Below are positions 26,404 to 36,216 of a DNA stretch of 64,000 nt, one piece after another. How positions within the stretch are numbered: position 1 is the stretch's first letter; each line of letters starts with the position of its first letter. The DNA comes from a virus (taxonomy: Duplodnaviria; Caudoviricetes), in IMG/VR virus record IMGVR_UViG_3300033066_001466, positions 1 to 64,000 of that record; one strand, written 5' to 3'. The notes under the pieces are model-generated. The model did not search any database, was not told the origin of the DNA, and saw only the letters and a program-made list of their open reading frames with translations. A program made the translations under genes and the position numbers.

Positions 26404-27053
26404 TGGCTAATATTGTAGTTTATGATTTAGAAACAACCGGAATTGATGCTACTAAAGTATTTCCTATTCAATTTGCAGCACTTCCTATTGATGGAGTTAA
26501 TCTAAAAATTCGGGAAGATAACGTTTTTAATCAAATGTGTAAACCTCCAGATTTTGATTACATGATTGATTTTACTGATAGTAATGCAGCCAGTAAACAA
26601 GGTCTATGGAAGTTTCATGCTGAACATAGAGGAGTTTCTGTAGAGCAAATAATTGAATTAGTACGAACATCTCCTCCTATGGAACTTGTTTTTGAGCAGT
26701 TTCAGCAATTTATTGCTCAATTTAAAGTTAAGTCTCAAAATCCTGTTCTTGGAGGTTTTAATATTGCTAATTATGATAACGTTATTATTAATCGTCTCTT
26801 AAAAGGTAAAAAAGGCCCTTGGAATCCAATCTTTTATCTTGATGCTATGCAGATGTGTTATACATGGCTAAGGTCTGCCGAGCTAAAATCTCATAGTTTG
26901 GACAATTTGCGACAATACTTTGGTCTAAGTAAGGGTGGCCACGAAGCACTAAAGGACTGTAAAGACACAGCTATTATTCTGACCCGATTTCTTCAGTATC
27001 AGCAACAATTAGCTATTGGTAAGTCATATTTTGCTAATGCTTTCAAATGTTAG
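26403..27053 (+). CDS. DEDDh 3'-5' exonuclease (DnaQ/epsilon-like)
   Basis: ExoI YDLETTG, ExoII GFNIANYD, ExoIII HEALKDC. Confidence 0.88.
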   Translation: MANIVVYDLETTGIDATKVFPIQFAALPIDGVNLKIREDNVFNQMCKPPDFDYMIDFTDSNAASKQGLWKFHAEHRGVSVEQIIELVRTSPPMELVFEQFQQFIAQFKVKSQNPVLGGFNIANYDNVIINRLLKGKKGPWNPIFYLDAMQMCYTWLRSAELKSHSLDNLRQYFGLSKGGHEALKDCKDTAIILTRFLQYQQQLAIGKSYFANAFKC

Positions 27054-27062
27054 GACAAAGCT

Positions 27063-28709
27063 ATGTATAATACTTGGAAGATTGAGGGCGAAAACCTCAT
27101 ATACTCATGCGGGTGTACTTTTAAAATCCGCCAATTACGTGGCGATAATTTTCCTTTGATTCATATAGGAGACCCCTATAGAGATTGGAATGTAACTTGT
27201 GAATCTACTAACATGTTACTTGGAGATGGTAGAACTTTAGGGGTATTTCAGTTAGAAAGCAAATTAGGTCAACACTGGTGTAAAGAAGTAAAGCCGGAAG
27301 AAATTAAACACGTAGCTGCTCTAATTGCTCTAATAAGACCCGGTTGTCTTGAATCGAAAGCAGAAGACGGTATTAGTATTACTCAGCGTTATGCTACATT
27401 CAAAAATAATGAAGAGCTAGCTACTCCTGATATTCCGGTTCTTAAAGATGTTTTGTATGATAATTATTACCAAATGATTTATCAAGAAGATGCTCTTAGA
27501 ATAGCTAGAGAAATAGCTGGATTTACTCCTATTGAAGCTAATGCTCTTCGTAAAGGTATTGGTAAAAAACTGCCAGAAGTTATAGCTGGTCTTAAAACTA
27601 CATTCTTAAATGGGTGTAAGAAGATTGGTAAGGTAAATGAACAAGAAGCTAATAAACTATTTGACAGTATTGAAAAATCACAAAGATACTCATTTTGCGC
27701 AGGACATTCCTATGGGTACAGTAAATTAAGTCAGATTACAGCATACGCTAAAGCCCATTTTACAAACTATTTTTATACCGCATACCTAGAAGGTGCTGAA
27801 AATAAACAAGACCCACTAGAAGAACGTTATAAACTCATTCAAGATGCCAAATTCTTTGATATTAAAGTCACTAAGCCGGACTTGAAACTAAGTAAACCTT
27901 GGTTCTCTAGTCCAAGAATAAAGTCTATACTTTTTGGTCTCAACTCTGTTAAATCCGTTGGCGACTCCACAATTAAACAAGTTAAAGACTTTTGTACAAA
28001 GGAAAGCAATCAGTGGTTAGATATCTTAGTAAATTGTCTGTACAAAATTAATGTGAAAGCAGCCCAAAATATCATTAAGGCTGGTATTATTGAGAATGGG
28101 ATGACCCGAAAACGCCAATTACATGAATTAAATATTTTATGCGAACTTACTGCTAAGGGTCAAATTGGATGGATATTCAATAACGTAAACAATTATAGTT
28201 CTTTAAAAGAACTTTTGGTCGGTATGAATAAACTCAAGAAAGAAGGTGGCGGCTTACATTCAGCTAAAGACATCCCAAAAATTCAAGGGATGATTGATAT
28301 GCTAGATAAACCTTCCTATTCTATGGAAGATAATCCAGAATGGATAGCATCTTGCGAAGAAGAGATTTTAGGGATTGCCCTAAGTGCTAGTTTGCTTGAT
28401 AATGTAAGTTCAAATATTTGTAATACCACCTGTAAAGATTTAGTTTGCGGTAAAGCTAACCCAAATATGCTTGTTAAGTGCCAAATTGATAGAGTCGAAG
28501 AAAAGATTATTGGTAAAGGTAAAAATATAGGAAAGAAGTTTTTTAGGCTTGACTTAAGCGATAGTACCGGTATAATAAGTGGAGTTATGGTTTGGCCAGA
28601 AACATATGATAAGTGTGGACATCTTTGTAAAGAAAGAAATACTATTGTTGCCAAAGTTTATAGAAGCAACAATGGAGGCTTAGCTATTAACGAATTATTC
28701 CAAATCTAA
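27063..28709 (+). CDS. dnaE: DNA polymerase III alpha (DnaE), C-terminal half: fingers, HhH, OB
   Basis: GVFQLES, LIRPG, IYQED, LRKGIGKK, YSFCAGHSYGY, LFGLNSVKSVG, EEEILG, LSDSTG. Confidence 0.9.
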   Translation: MYNTWKIEGENLIYSCGCTFKIRQLRGDNFPLIHIGDPYRDWNVTCESTNMLLGDGRTLGVFQLESKLGQHWCKEVKPEEIKHVAALIALIRPGCLESKAEDGISITQRYATFKNNEELATPDIPVLKDVLYDNYYQMIYQEDALRIAREIAGFTPIEANALRKGIGKKLPEVIAGLKTTFLNGCKKIGKVNEQEANKLFDSIEKSQRYSFCAGHSYGYSKLSQITAYAKAHFTNYFYTAYLEGAENKQDPLEERYKLIQDAKFFDIKVTKPDLKLSKPWFSSPRIKSILFGLNSVKSVGDSTIKQVKDFCTKESNQWLDILVNCLYKINVKAAQNIIKAGIIENGMTRKRQLHELNILCELTAKGQIGWIFNNVNNYSSLKELLVGMNKLKKEGGGLHSAKDIPKIQGMIDMLDKPSYSMEDNPEWIASCEEEILGIALSASLLDNVSSNICNTTCKDLVCGKANPNMLVKCQIDRVEEKIIGKGKNIGKKFFRLDLSDSTGIISGVMVWPETYDKCGHLCKERNTIVAKVYRSNNGGLAINELFQI

Positions 28710-28717
28710 GGATAAAA

Positions 28718-30301
28718 GTGTCTAAAAAACGAATTCTTCTTTCTAGTGAAAACAGCTATCAAAATAGTGGTTATAGCGTAATGACTAGAGAGCTATTAAC
28801 TAGATTGTACGCGACTGGAAAGTATGAGATTGCTGAACTAGGCACTAATGCTCGCCCAGAAGACGATAGAATTAATTATTTTCCTTGGAAAATTTATCCC
28901 GTAATTCCCGCAATGGAAGATAAAGAAAGTTGGGGTTTATTTAATAGTAAACAAGAGGGACAATTTGGGGCATGGTGCTTTGAAAAAACGATTTTGGATT
29001 TTAAGCCAGACGTAGTACTTGATTTTAGAGACCCATATCATTGTACTTATGAACTATTAAGTCCTCTTCGAGAGTATTATAGTCATCTATTTATGCCCAC
29101 TGTTGATGCTACACCCCAAACAGATGAGTGGGCTAATCAATACACTATGTCCGACGGAATTTTATCTTATACAGAATTTGGTCGCAAAATCCTCCAAAAG
29201 ACTTGTGGGGATAGCATTAACTTTATGGGAGTTGCCAGTCCAGGTGCTAACTTTGAAGATTTAAAACCTTTGAACAAAAAAGAAATCAGGGTTAAATATG
29301 GACTACCGGAAGATGTTCTAATTTTAGGAATGGTGGCCCGAAATCAGATTAGAAAATTTTTCCCCGACCTTTTTGAGATGTTTAGGCGATTTATTGAAGT
29401 AGCTCCTAGAGAATTAGCCGACAAAACTTTCTTACATGTTCATACTGGTCATCCAGACGCTGGTTGGGATATGGGCCGAATTTTAAAAGAATACGGATTA
29501 TCACATAAGGTCTACTTCACTTATATTTGCCGAAGCTGTGCAGACATAAGAATTCATTTATGGAATGATTACGGCTTACCTTGCCGAAGATGTGGTAATA
29601 AAAGTGTATTCTTCACTAACCCAGCTTTTGGATTAACTAGAGAGGGGCTATGTGAACTTTATAACCTTTACGACCTATATATTCAGTATGCGGGCCTAGA
29701 AGGATTTGGTGTGCCTGTAGTTGAAGCAGCGGCTTGCGGAATTCCAATTTGTACAGTTCCTTATTCTGGCATGGAAGATTTCGTTGAAAAGATTTTAGCT
29801 CATCCTGTTCCAATTGGTGGATTTAGTCCAGAAGTTCAAAGCCACCGGAAATGGGCTTACCCAAACAATGCTTTATTTGCCGAAGAATTGATTAAAATTT
29901 TAAACCGAGATTTAGTAAGCTGGGGCCAAAAAACTCGCGAAGCCTGCAAAGAACATTTTGATTGGGATAAGTCTGCAAAAGTATGGGAAAATGCAATTGA
30001 TAACTTACCACCTGCAAAACGCAAATGGACAGACCCAAAAAGAGACTTGACAGAACTTCCATTGTCTGACAATCTAGACGATTCAGCCTTTGTTAAGGAA
30101 TGTTTTAAAAATTTAAGCTTTTGTGAGCATCTCACTAAAGGTTATCTTTACCATATTTTTATGAAAAACCTATATAACGGCAATATTCCTAATTCTAATC
30201 AAAATGGGCTTCCTCAACCATTCAGTAGAGAAAACGTGATAAATGAATGTAGAGGACTAGGAAACGCTACAAGACATTGGGAGACTTTACGTTGTCAGTA
30301 A
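28718..30301 (+). CDS. GT4-family (GT-B) glycosyltransferase with inserted Zn ribbon
   Basis: SGYSV, MVARNQIRK, CRSC...CRRC, EGFGVPVVEAAACG. Confidence 0.85.
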   Translation: MSKKRILLSSENSYQNSGYSVMTRELLTRLYATGKYEIAELGTNARPEDDRINYFPWKIYPVIPAMEDKESWGLFNSKQEGQFGAWCFEKTILDFKPDVVLDFRDPYHCTYELLSPLREYYSHLFMPTVDATPQTDEWANQYTMSDGILSYTEFGRKILQKTCGDSINFMGVASPGANFEDLKPLNKKEIRVKYGLPEDVLILGMVARNQIRKFFPDLFEMFRRFIEVAPRELADKTFLHVHTGHPDAGWDMGRILKEYGLSHKVYFTYICRSCADIRIHLWNDYGLPCRRCGNKSVFFTNPAFGLTREGLCELYNLYDLYIQYAGLEGFGVPVVEAAACGIPICTVPYSGMEDFVEKILAHPVPIGGFSPEVQSHRKWAYPNNALFAEELIKILNRDLVSWGQKTREACKEHFDWDKSAKVWENAIDNLPPAKRKWTDPKRDLTELPLSDNLDDSAFVKECFKNLSFCEHLTKGYLYHIFMKNLYNGNIPNSNQNGLPQPFSRENVINECRGLGNATRHWETLRCQ

Positions 30302-31275
30302 TCTATATTGCTCCATTTTTTGAGAATAATGCTCTTGGCGAGGCTTCTACAGCTTATGCTGGCCTTTTGTCTAAATATATGGATGTTACTTGTCGGCCAA
30401 TTGGCGGCAAAGAAACAGAAAAACCTAATATCGTCGAACTTATGAAGAATAAGGGCGGTAATTACTTAGTTATTCATAGCAAGCCCGAAGATTTTTGCTG
30501 GAAAGCTGGCTTTAAGAAAGTCGTTGGTATTACTCACCTAAAAAGCCCTCTTATTGAAGAAACTGATTTTCAACAGAATTTTTCCCTAATGGACGAAGTC
30601 TATCATGATTCTTCCTTTATTTTGCCTGGCACTAATAATATTAATCCCTTTTGTGACAAAAAAGAATATCAAGGTTTTGCACAGAAAACGGAGGAAAAAG
30701 ACAAGACTAAGCCTTATAAGTTCTTAATCGTGGGCGAGCCTACTTGTTATGAAGAAATTTATATGGTTATTAGGGCTTATTGTGAGGAATTTCGGGGCGA
30801 AGAAAATGTAGATTTAACTCTTAAGACTAATCCTAAGTTTAATGTGGCTCAATTTTCAGAAAATATTAAGATTCTTCAGTCTCATATTAGAAAATACAAT
30901 AATCCTGTTTATCCTCAACTTAGTTTTAACAATGTATGGCATAATCGACAAGACCTATTAAAATTTTATGATGAATTTGATTGTGTTCTCAATTGTAATC
31001 TGCATAATAGCTGGAGTAAACCATTTTTAGACTGCTTAATGCTCCAAAAACGGGGTATATCACTTATAGATGACACAGAAATTGTCGAAAAACAGTCCTA
31101 TGGGCCATCTGAACATAAAGATTATCCAGTTGGAACCTCTCGTTCTTTTGTGACCAAAAATGTTAAGCAAATTTTGAGAGATACTTTTTCAGGTAAGAGA
31201 GTAAAAACTAGCCTAAACATTGAAGATTTTACAGAAGAGAAGGTTTTAACGCAACTAATGGCGATTTTTTCATGA
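30277..31275 (+). CDS. GT-B-like protein (acceptor Glu motif degenerate)
   Basis: GEASTAY, YKFLIVG, AYCEEF...VDLTLKT, FDCVLN; NSWSKPFLD in place of EGxxxPxxE. Confidence 0.55.
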   Translation: MGDFTLSVIYIAPFFENNALGEASTAYAGLLSKYMDVTCRPIGGKETEKPNIVELMKNKGGNYLVIHSKPEDFCWKAGFKKVVGITHLKSPLIEETDFQQNFSLMDEVYHDSSFILPGTNNINPFCDKKEYQGFAQKTEEKDKTKPYKFLIVGEPTCYEEIYMVIRAYCEEFRGEENVDLTLKTNPKFNVAQFSENIKILQSHIRKYNNPVYPQLSFNNVWHNRQDLLKFYDEFDCVLNCNLHNSWSKPFLDCLMLQKRGISLIDDTEIVEKQSYGPSEHKDYPVGTSRSFVTKNVKQILRDTFSGKRVKTSLNIEDFTEEKVLTQLMAIFS

Positions 31276-32003
31276 GCCGGAAACCCCGACCAAAAAAACT
31301 TCCTAAAGCCAACGAACTATATAAAGTCACAAATGAGCAAAATAATAAAATATTTATTACCCCAAAACTTGAAGCTAAAACTGAAAGCCAAAAAGAGTGT
31401 ATCAGACTAATTAAAGAAAAAGACATTATTTTTATAGGTGGAGCAGCAGGAGTAGGAAAATCTTGGATAACAGTAGCATATGGGCTTTTGGCTGTTATTA
31501 GAGGCGAATTTGATAAATTAATTTTAGTAAGGCCAGCCGTTACAACTGAAGAAATCGGATTCCTCAGTGGTGACTTAGATGCTAAAACCTTGCCCTTTAT
31601 GGAATCCGTTCTCTATATTGTTAATAAGTTCTTAACAAAAGAACAGTTTGCTGCTATGAAAAAAGAGGATAAGATAGAAATTAAGTCTATGGCTTACATT
31701 AGAGGTGTAACGTGTGACCGAGCTTTCATTGTGGTAGATGAAGCTCAAAATTTGAATCATAAAGCTATGAAGCTTATTGTAACAAGAATTGGAGAAGGAA
31801 GCAAGTTAGTAATTCAGGGAGATACAGAACAGAGTGATTTAAAATCTTATGAAAAAGGTTCTTTGGAGTCACATATTGAGTTATTTAGGGATTTTCATCC
31901 TAAGTTTGGCTCATTTCAATTCAAAGAAGAAGACATTGTAAGAAATCCTTTAATTACAATATATCTCAACAGGTTGAAAAATGCAGAAAATAAAAACCAA
32001 TAG
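31272..32003 (+). CDS. phoH: PhoH-family ATPase
   Basis: GAAGVGKS, VRPAV, IGFLSG, YIRGVT, VDEAQN, TRIGEGSK, GDTEQSDL, VRNPL. Confidence 0.92.
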   Translation: MSRKPRPKKLPKANELYKVTNEQNNKIFITPKLEAKTESQKECIRLIKEKDIIFIGGAAGVGKSWITVAYGLLAVIRGEFDKLILVRPAVTTEEIGFLSGDLDAKTLPFMESVLYIVNKFLTKEQFAAMKKEDKIEIKSMAYIRGVTCDRAFIVVDEAQNLNHKAMKLIVTRIGEGSKLVIQGDTEQSDLKSYEKGSLESHIELFRDFHPKFGSFQFKEEDIVRNPLITIYLNRLKNAENKNQ

Positions 32004-33015
32004 TGGCCCTAAAAAACTTCCACAGAAAGAAATTATAGAAAAATACAAAATAGGCTTTAATAAAGCCGAAATAGCTAAAGAATATAACTCAACCAAACAG
32101 GCTATACACTATATATTAGTCAAGCATAAAATTTTAGTAAAAAACAAAAGAATTTACGAACACAAATTAACCTGTGAAGAAGAATCCGAGTTTCTAAGAA
32201 GGTATTTGAATAATCATGAATCTGCCAAAAAACTTTGTAAAGAATTTAAAATTTCAGAACTAAATGGCTCTAAGTTTCTTAATAGAAATGGTATTTTTCC
32301 ACAAAAACAAAAAAGAAGTTATAGAAAATATACGCTAAACGAACATTATTTTGATTCTATAGATACAGAAGATAAAGCTTATTTCCTTGGATTGTTATAT
32401 GCAGATGGTTTTAATGGCGAAGATTCTGGAGAGATAGAGATTAGTTTAAAAGATAAAGATATTAAAATTTTAGAAAAAATGAACAATAGCATAGGTTCAA
32501 ATAAGCCAATAAAATATAGAAGTATTACCAACAAAAATGGCTTGACAGGACGTTATGCTAGATTATGGATTCATAGTAAAATAATGTCAAAAAGATTAGC
32601 TGAATTAGGATGTTGGCAAAGAAAAAGTTTAACTTTAGAATTTCCAAAAAAAGAAACAATTCCAACTAAATTGATACCTCATTTTGTTAGGGGATTTTTT
32701 GATGGAAATGCATATATATCAAAAGCTTATAAGGTATATTCTGCTGAAGTTATATCTACAGAGATGTTTTTAACTAAGCTTAGAGATATACTAACCGAAG
32801 AATTAGATATAAAAGGAAGTTTTCAAGCTCATCAAAATGGTAAAAATAAAATCTTAAAAATTGGTGGAACAATTCAAACTTTAAAATTTCTTGACTGGCT
32901 CTACAAAGATGCTACTATCTATTTAGATAGAAAATACGATAGATATCAAATGCTCAAAAAGGATAGACAGAAATATGCAGATTCAAGGAATTCACAGGTC
33001 TCTAGCGAAAAGTAA
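31981..33015 (+). CDS. free-standing LAGLIDADG homing endonuclease
   Basis: YFDSIDTEDKAYFLGLLYADG, FVRGFFDGN, DATIYLDRKY; paralog of 14268..15104. Confidence 0.85.
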   Translation: MQKIKTNSGPKKLPQKEIIEKYKIGFNKAEIAKEYNSTKQAIHYILVKHKILVKNKRIYEHKLTCEEESEFLRRYLNNHESAKKLCKEFKISELNGSKFLNRNGIFPQKQKRSYRKYTLNEHYFDSIDTEDKAYFLGLLYADGFNGEDSGEIEISLKDKDIKILEKMNNSIGSNKPIKYRSITNKNGLTGRYARLWIHSKIMSKRLAELGCWQRKSLTLEFPKKETIPTKLIPHFVRGFFDGNAYISKAYKVYSAEVISTEMFLTKLRDILTEELDIKGSFQAHQNGKNKILKIGGTIQTLKFLDWLYKDATIYLDRKYDRYQMLKKDRQKYADSRNSQVSSEK

Positions 33016-33916
33016 GCCAAAACTCTTAACTCTCTATCAAGGTCATAGTTACTTAGCAATGCTGAGTGACTTTCAGACCTATTGTTGGGTTCATCCGCAG
33101 ATTTGTGACGCTAGACATCCAATTAATATTCCAAATATGCTACAAGTTAGCGGTTGGGAACAGTTGGATTTTGACTTATGCGTAAACTTTTCGGGTGGAA
33201 TTACTAAGAGAATTCTTACAGATATAGCTAAAGCTCGCCATATAGATATAATTACCTACGAAATGGACTCCCCTATTGATATTGGGTCAGATTTAAAGTA
33301 TAGGTTTACAGGCAAAAATGGCTTATTTACAAGCGAATCTCATAAAAATGTAGTTCATGGTAATGGTGAAGTCATCTATCCGCCCATTCTTGGATTTGCT
33401 TGTCAAAACCCTATGATACAAAGAAGATTATCAGTATGTACATATGGAGATAATTTAAAAGAAACTGAATCAACATCGCATTTTTCTGATTGGCATGAAA
33501 TTATCAATACTTTGCCGGGCTGTCAGATTTTTGGTCATAACCCTAGATTAGGTACTTTTAACCCTGATTTAGGTCAATTAAATCAAATCCTAAACGACAC
33601 TAAAATCTATTTAAATACTAAAACTGGCGGCTATTTCCCTTTAGATGTTCTTCAAGCAATGACTTGCGGATGCGTTGTTATAAGCTATAATTATCCAGGA
33701 ATTGATGGACTTTTACCCAAGGAATTCATAGTTAAAAACAAGAAAGAGGCCAGAGCTTTAATCAGCGAATTAGTTACTAAGCCTCATCTTCTGCCTAGTT
33801 TGGGTGAAATTAATAGACAATTAGCTGAAAAATTTAAATTTAATGGGCTTGCTGCTCATATTAATAAGGAATGGGAGAATATTTGTGAATTTGGCTATAA
33901 GCAGTACAGGGTTTAG
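32975..33916 (+). CDS. GT4-like glycosyltransferase
   Basis: IFGHNPRLG, KIYLNT...PLDVLQAMTCGCVVIS, C-terminal helix AEKFKF. Confidence 0.65.
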   Translation: MQIQGIHRSLAKSKPKLLTLYQGHSYLAMLSDFQTYCWVHPQICDARHPINIPNMLQVSGWEQLDFDLCVNFSGGITKRILTDIAKARHIDIITYEMDSPIDIGSDLKYRFTGKNGLFTSESHKNVVHGNGEVIYPPILGFACQNPMIQRRLSVCTYGDNLKETESTSHFSDWHEIINTLPGCQIFGHNPRLGTFNPDLGQLNQILNDTKIYLNTKTGGYFPLDVLQAMTCGCVVISYNYPGIDGLLPKEFIVKNKKEARALISELVTKPHLLPSLGEINRQLAEKFKFNGLAAHINKEWENICEFGYKQYRV

Positions 33917-34304
33917 CGAACCAGGATATGCCTTTTTGGGCGTAAATAAAGATAATTTGGCTGAACTATCACTAGATAAAGTCGAATCTTTAGATAATCT
34001 AGTGGTTCATAGGGCTTTACATTTAGTCGATTACAATAGGGTGTTAGAACTATTAAAAATTTACTATGATAAGCTAAAAACTGGAGGAACATTAATTCTT
34101 TACTGTATTGATGTTTACAAACTTTGTCATAAAGTTCATCGTCGCGAAATTGGAGAAGGTGATTTTAACAATTTTGTCTATGAAAATGGGCAAGTTAACT
34201 CAGTTTCGACCTTGTTCTTTCTTGATAATTGTGCTAAGATAGGCTTTAAGAAAATTGGAGCAGGTTTTGATGGGCTGTATGCTAAATTAGAGTTTATTAA
34301 ATAG
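33885..34304 (+). CDS. truncated SAM-methyltransferase-like protein
   Basis: GTG start with GGGAG RBS; LHLVDY...LELLKIYYDKLKTGGTLILYCID resembles post-II/III motifs; no GxGxG. Confidence 0.45.
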   Translation: MNLAISSTGFSEPGYAFLGVNKDNLAELSLDKVESLDNLVVHRALHLVDYNRVLELLKIYYDKLKTGGTLILYCIDVYKLCHKVHRREIGEGDFNNFVYENGQVNSVSTLFFLDNCAKIGFKKIGAGFDGLYAKLEFIK

Positions 34305-34315
34305 GAATCTAAATA

Positions 34316-34933
34316 ATGGACTGTAAAGGATGTAAAAATCTACTAGATAACGAATGTAAGCTTGGTAAACATGAGCTATTAGGAGTCTTAAGAAATGACA
34401 ATAGAGAAGTAATTCAATTAAACGAAACCTGCATTTTTAAGAACACAGTTCATGACTTTACTTTTGATATGGCTCATAAATTTGCTATGGCTAAAGTTGC
34501 GGTAGCTACTTATTTTATTATTAGGAATGAAGACGATATTCAAGAATTATACAATTTGCTAGATAATGAAAAAAACTATGGCGAAACCAATCTTATTGGC
34601 CAATTTAACGTATTAAGCACAATAGAATTATCCGTAAAACAAGTTGGTGAAATCTCTCTTAAGCTTGTAGCTCTCAACAAAAATCGCTTTTGGACATTTA
34701 AAATCCTTTACGAAGATACTCCTGAACGATACATTATCAATAATTGTGAGTTGCCCTACTTTCTACATATCTTATCTGAATCTGACCTTGCTATGATTCA
34801 AAATTTTAAATATATATGCTTTTCGGGCAAGATTCCAAACGTTTATGGTAACATTATCTCAACAAAATGGTTCATTAATAAAGTCGAGGAAATAGAAGAA
34901 AATGCTGGCCTTCAAACCAAAAGTCTTGTTTAA
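34316..34933 (+). CDS. hypothetical protein
   Basis: 205-aa ORF, N-terminal CKGC...C..C. Confidence 0.65.
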   Translation: MDCKGCKNLLDNECKLGKHELLGVLRNDNREVIQLNETCIFKNTVHDFTFDMAHKFAMAKVAVATYFIIRNEDDIQELYNLLDNEKNYGETNLIGQFNVLSTIELSVKQVGEISLKLVALNKNRFWTFKILYEDTPERYIINNCELPYFLHILSESDLAMIQNFKYICFSGKIPNVYGNIISTKWFINKVEEIEENAGLQTKSLV

Positions 34934-35528
34934 TCTGATATGCCGAAATGACGAGACTATCATTCAAGATTGCTTAGATAGTATTTTAAGCCAAGAAGGA
35001 ATTCGGCCTTATCTTAATATTTCCTGCCTTGATAGTAATGATACTACTTTCTTTTGGGCCAAATCCTATTGTAAAAGTCCATCGGTTTATGAACCGAATC
35101 AAGTCGTATCTGAACAAATTACCGCATGCAGGACTCCAGATGAAAAATCTAGCTTAATAAATGGAGTTATAACTGGAAGAAGAGTTGAAGCTCAATACTA
35201 TGTTTTTATGCATTGCCCAGGAATTTTAACAAAAAATTATAGTAAAAAATTAATCACTCTAATTAACGATGAAGTAATGGGTGGTTATACAGATGTGATT
35301 GATAGCGGTATTAAAATTTACACACACTTAAATACTGATAGATGTATTAATATTGGCCCCTATTTATTGTTAAAGTCTTCTATTTCTGAACAGTATAATC
35401 ACGAAGATATGAGAAGCTTTCTATCGGCTATTGTTAATATAGGAATTCTAGCTCATTTGCCTGAATTTCTCGCCGGAAATAATTGGATTAAATCATTGTC
35501 ACAAAAGAAAATATCACTATTATGTTAA
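34902..35528 (+). CDS. GT2-like (GT-A) protein
   Basis: NDETIIQDCLDSILSQ, ISCLDSND; YYVFMHC where DxD is expected. Confidence 0.5.
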   Translation: MLAFKPKVLFNLICRNDETIIQDCLDSILSQEGIRPYLNISCLDSNDTTFFWAKSYCKSPSVYEPNQVVSEQITACRTPDEKSSLINGVITGRRVEAQYYVFMHCPGILTKNYSKKLITLINDEVMGGYTDVIDSGIKIYTHLNTDRCINIGPYLLLKSSISEQYNHEDMRSFLSAIVNIGILAHLPEFLAGNNWIKSLSQKKISLLC

Positions 35529-35776
35529 ATACAAAAGACAAATTAGACTTATTTTATTGGGGCGAATTTTCACTAGAAAAGATGCTAATAATTAAAGAGT
35601 TGCCTGATTTACACATTTATGGCGAAAAGAAATGGCCAACTCATCAATTTATTGGAACTATTCCTTACGACGAAACTTGTTTTTTAGGCCAATGCTATTC
35701 TAGAGCTTTAGCTTTTAACGAAGAAGAATCTAATAAGTTTAAAGAATTAGGTCTGGAGGTAGTGTGCTTAAATTAG
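35522..35776 (+). CDS. hypothetical protein
   Basis: 84-aa ORF in the cluster. Confidence 0.55.
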   Translation: MLNTKDKLDLFYWGEFSLEKMLIIKELPDLHIYGEKKWPTHQFIGTIPYDETCFLGQCYSRALAFNEEESNKFKELGLEVVCLN

Positions 35777-36216
35777 GAGTTTTGCTAGATAATGTTTCGC
35801 CCAAAGAACTTAATCAAGAAGTGTTTCGTGTTTTGCGAACAGTCTATGAAAGAGATAAGCTAGTTTCGGCCAATATTTTTGCCAAGCATCTTAACTGGCC
35901 CTATACGGATGTTCCATACGGAATTTTTAAATGGAATGATTATCAGAGTTTTGATGGAACTACAATAGTTACAAATCTTGAGTTATTATCTTTTGTTAAA
36001 GAAGTTCCTCATAATAATAAAATCATTTTATACTGTAATAGTTTTCCGTGGGTAGACTCAAATATTCCGGCAAAAACTGCTATTTCTCTCTTGACAGACC
36101 CAAAACTTAGTGTATACTGCAAGGTAGACTACATTAAAGATTTTTTAGAAACTCTCAATATTAAGTCTACTGTTTGTAGTTTTCAAGAATTAGTGGATAA
36201 AACGCTTTGGCCATAA
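35764..36216 (+). CDS. hypothetical protein (possible GT-B N-terminal fragment)
   Basis: 150-aa ORF; FDGTTIVTNL, ILYC..FPW. Confidence 0.5.
   Translation: MLKLGVLLDNVSPKELNQEVFRVLRTVYERDKLVSANIFAKHLNWPYTDVPYGIFKWNDYQSFDGTTIVTNLELLSFVKEVPHNNKIILYCNSFPWVDSNIPAKTAISLLTDPKLSVYCKVDYIKDFLETLNIKSTVCSFQELVDKTLWP

Noticed and set aside
25700-27200. Split intein or group I intron joining the dnaE halves
   Set aside because: No intein N or C blocks at either terminus; the gap is filled by three complete ORFs and no P/Q/R/S intron elements were recognised
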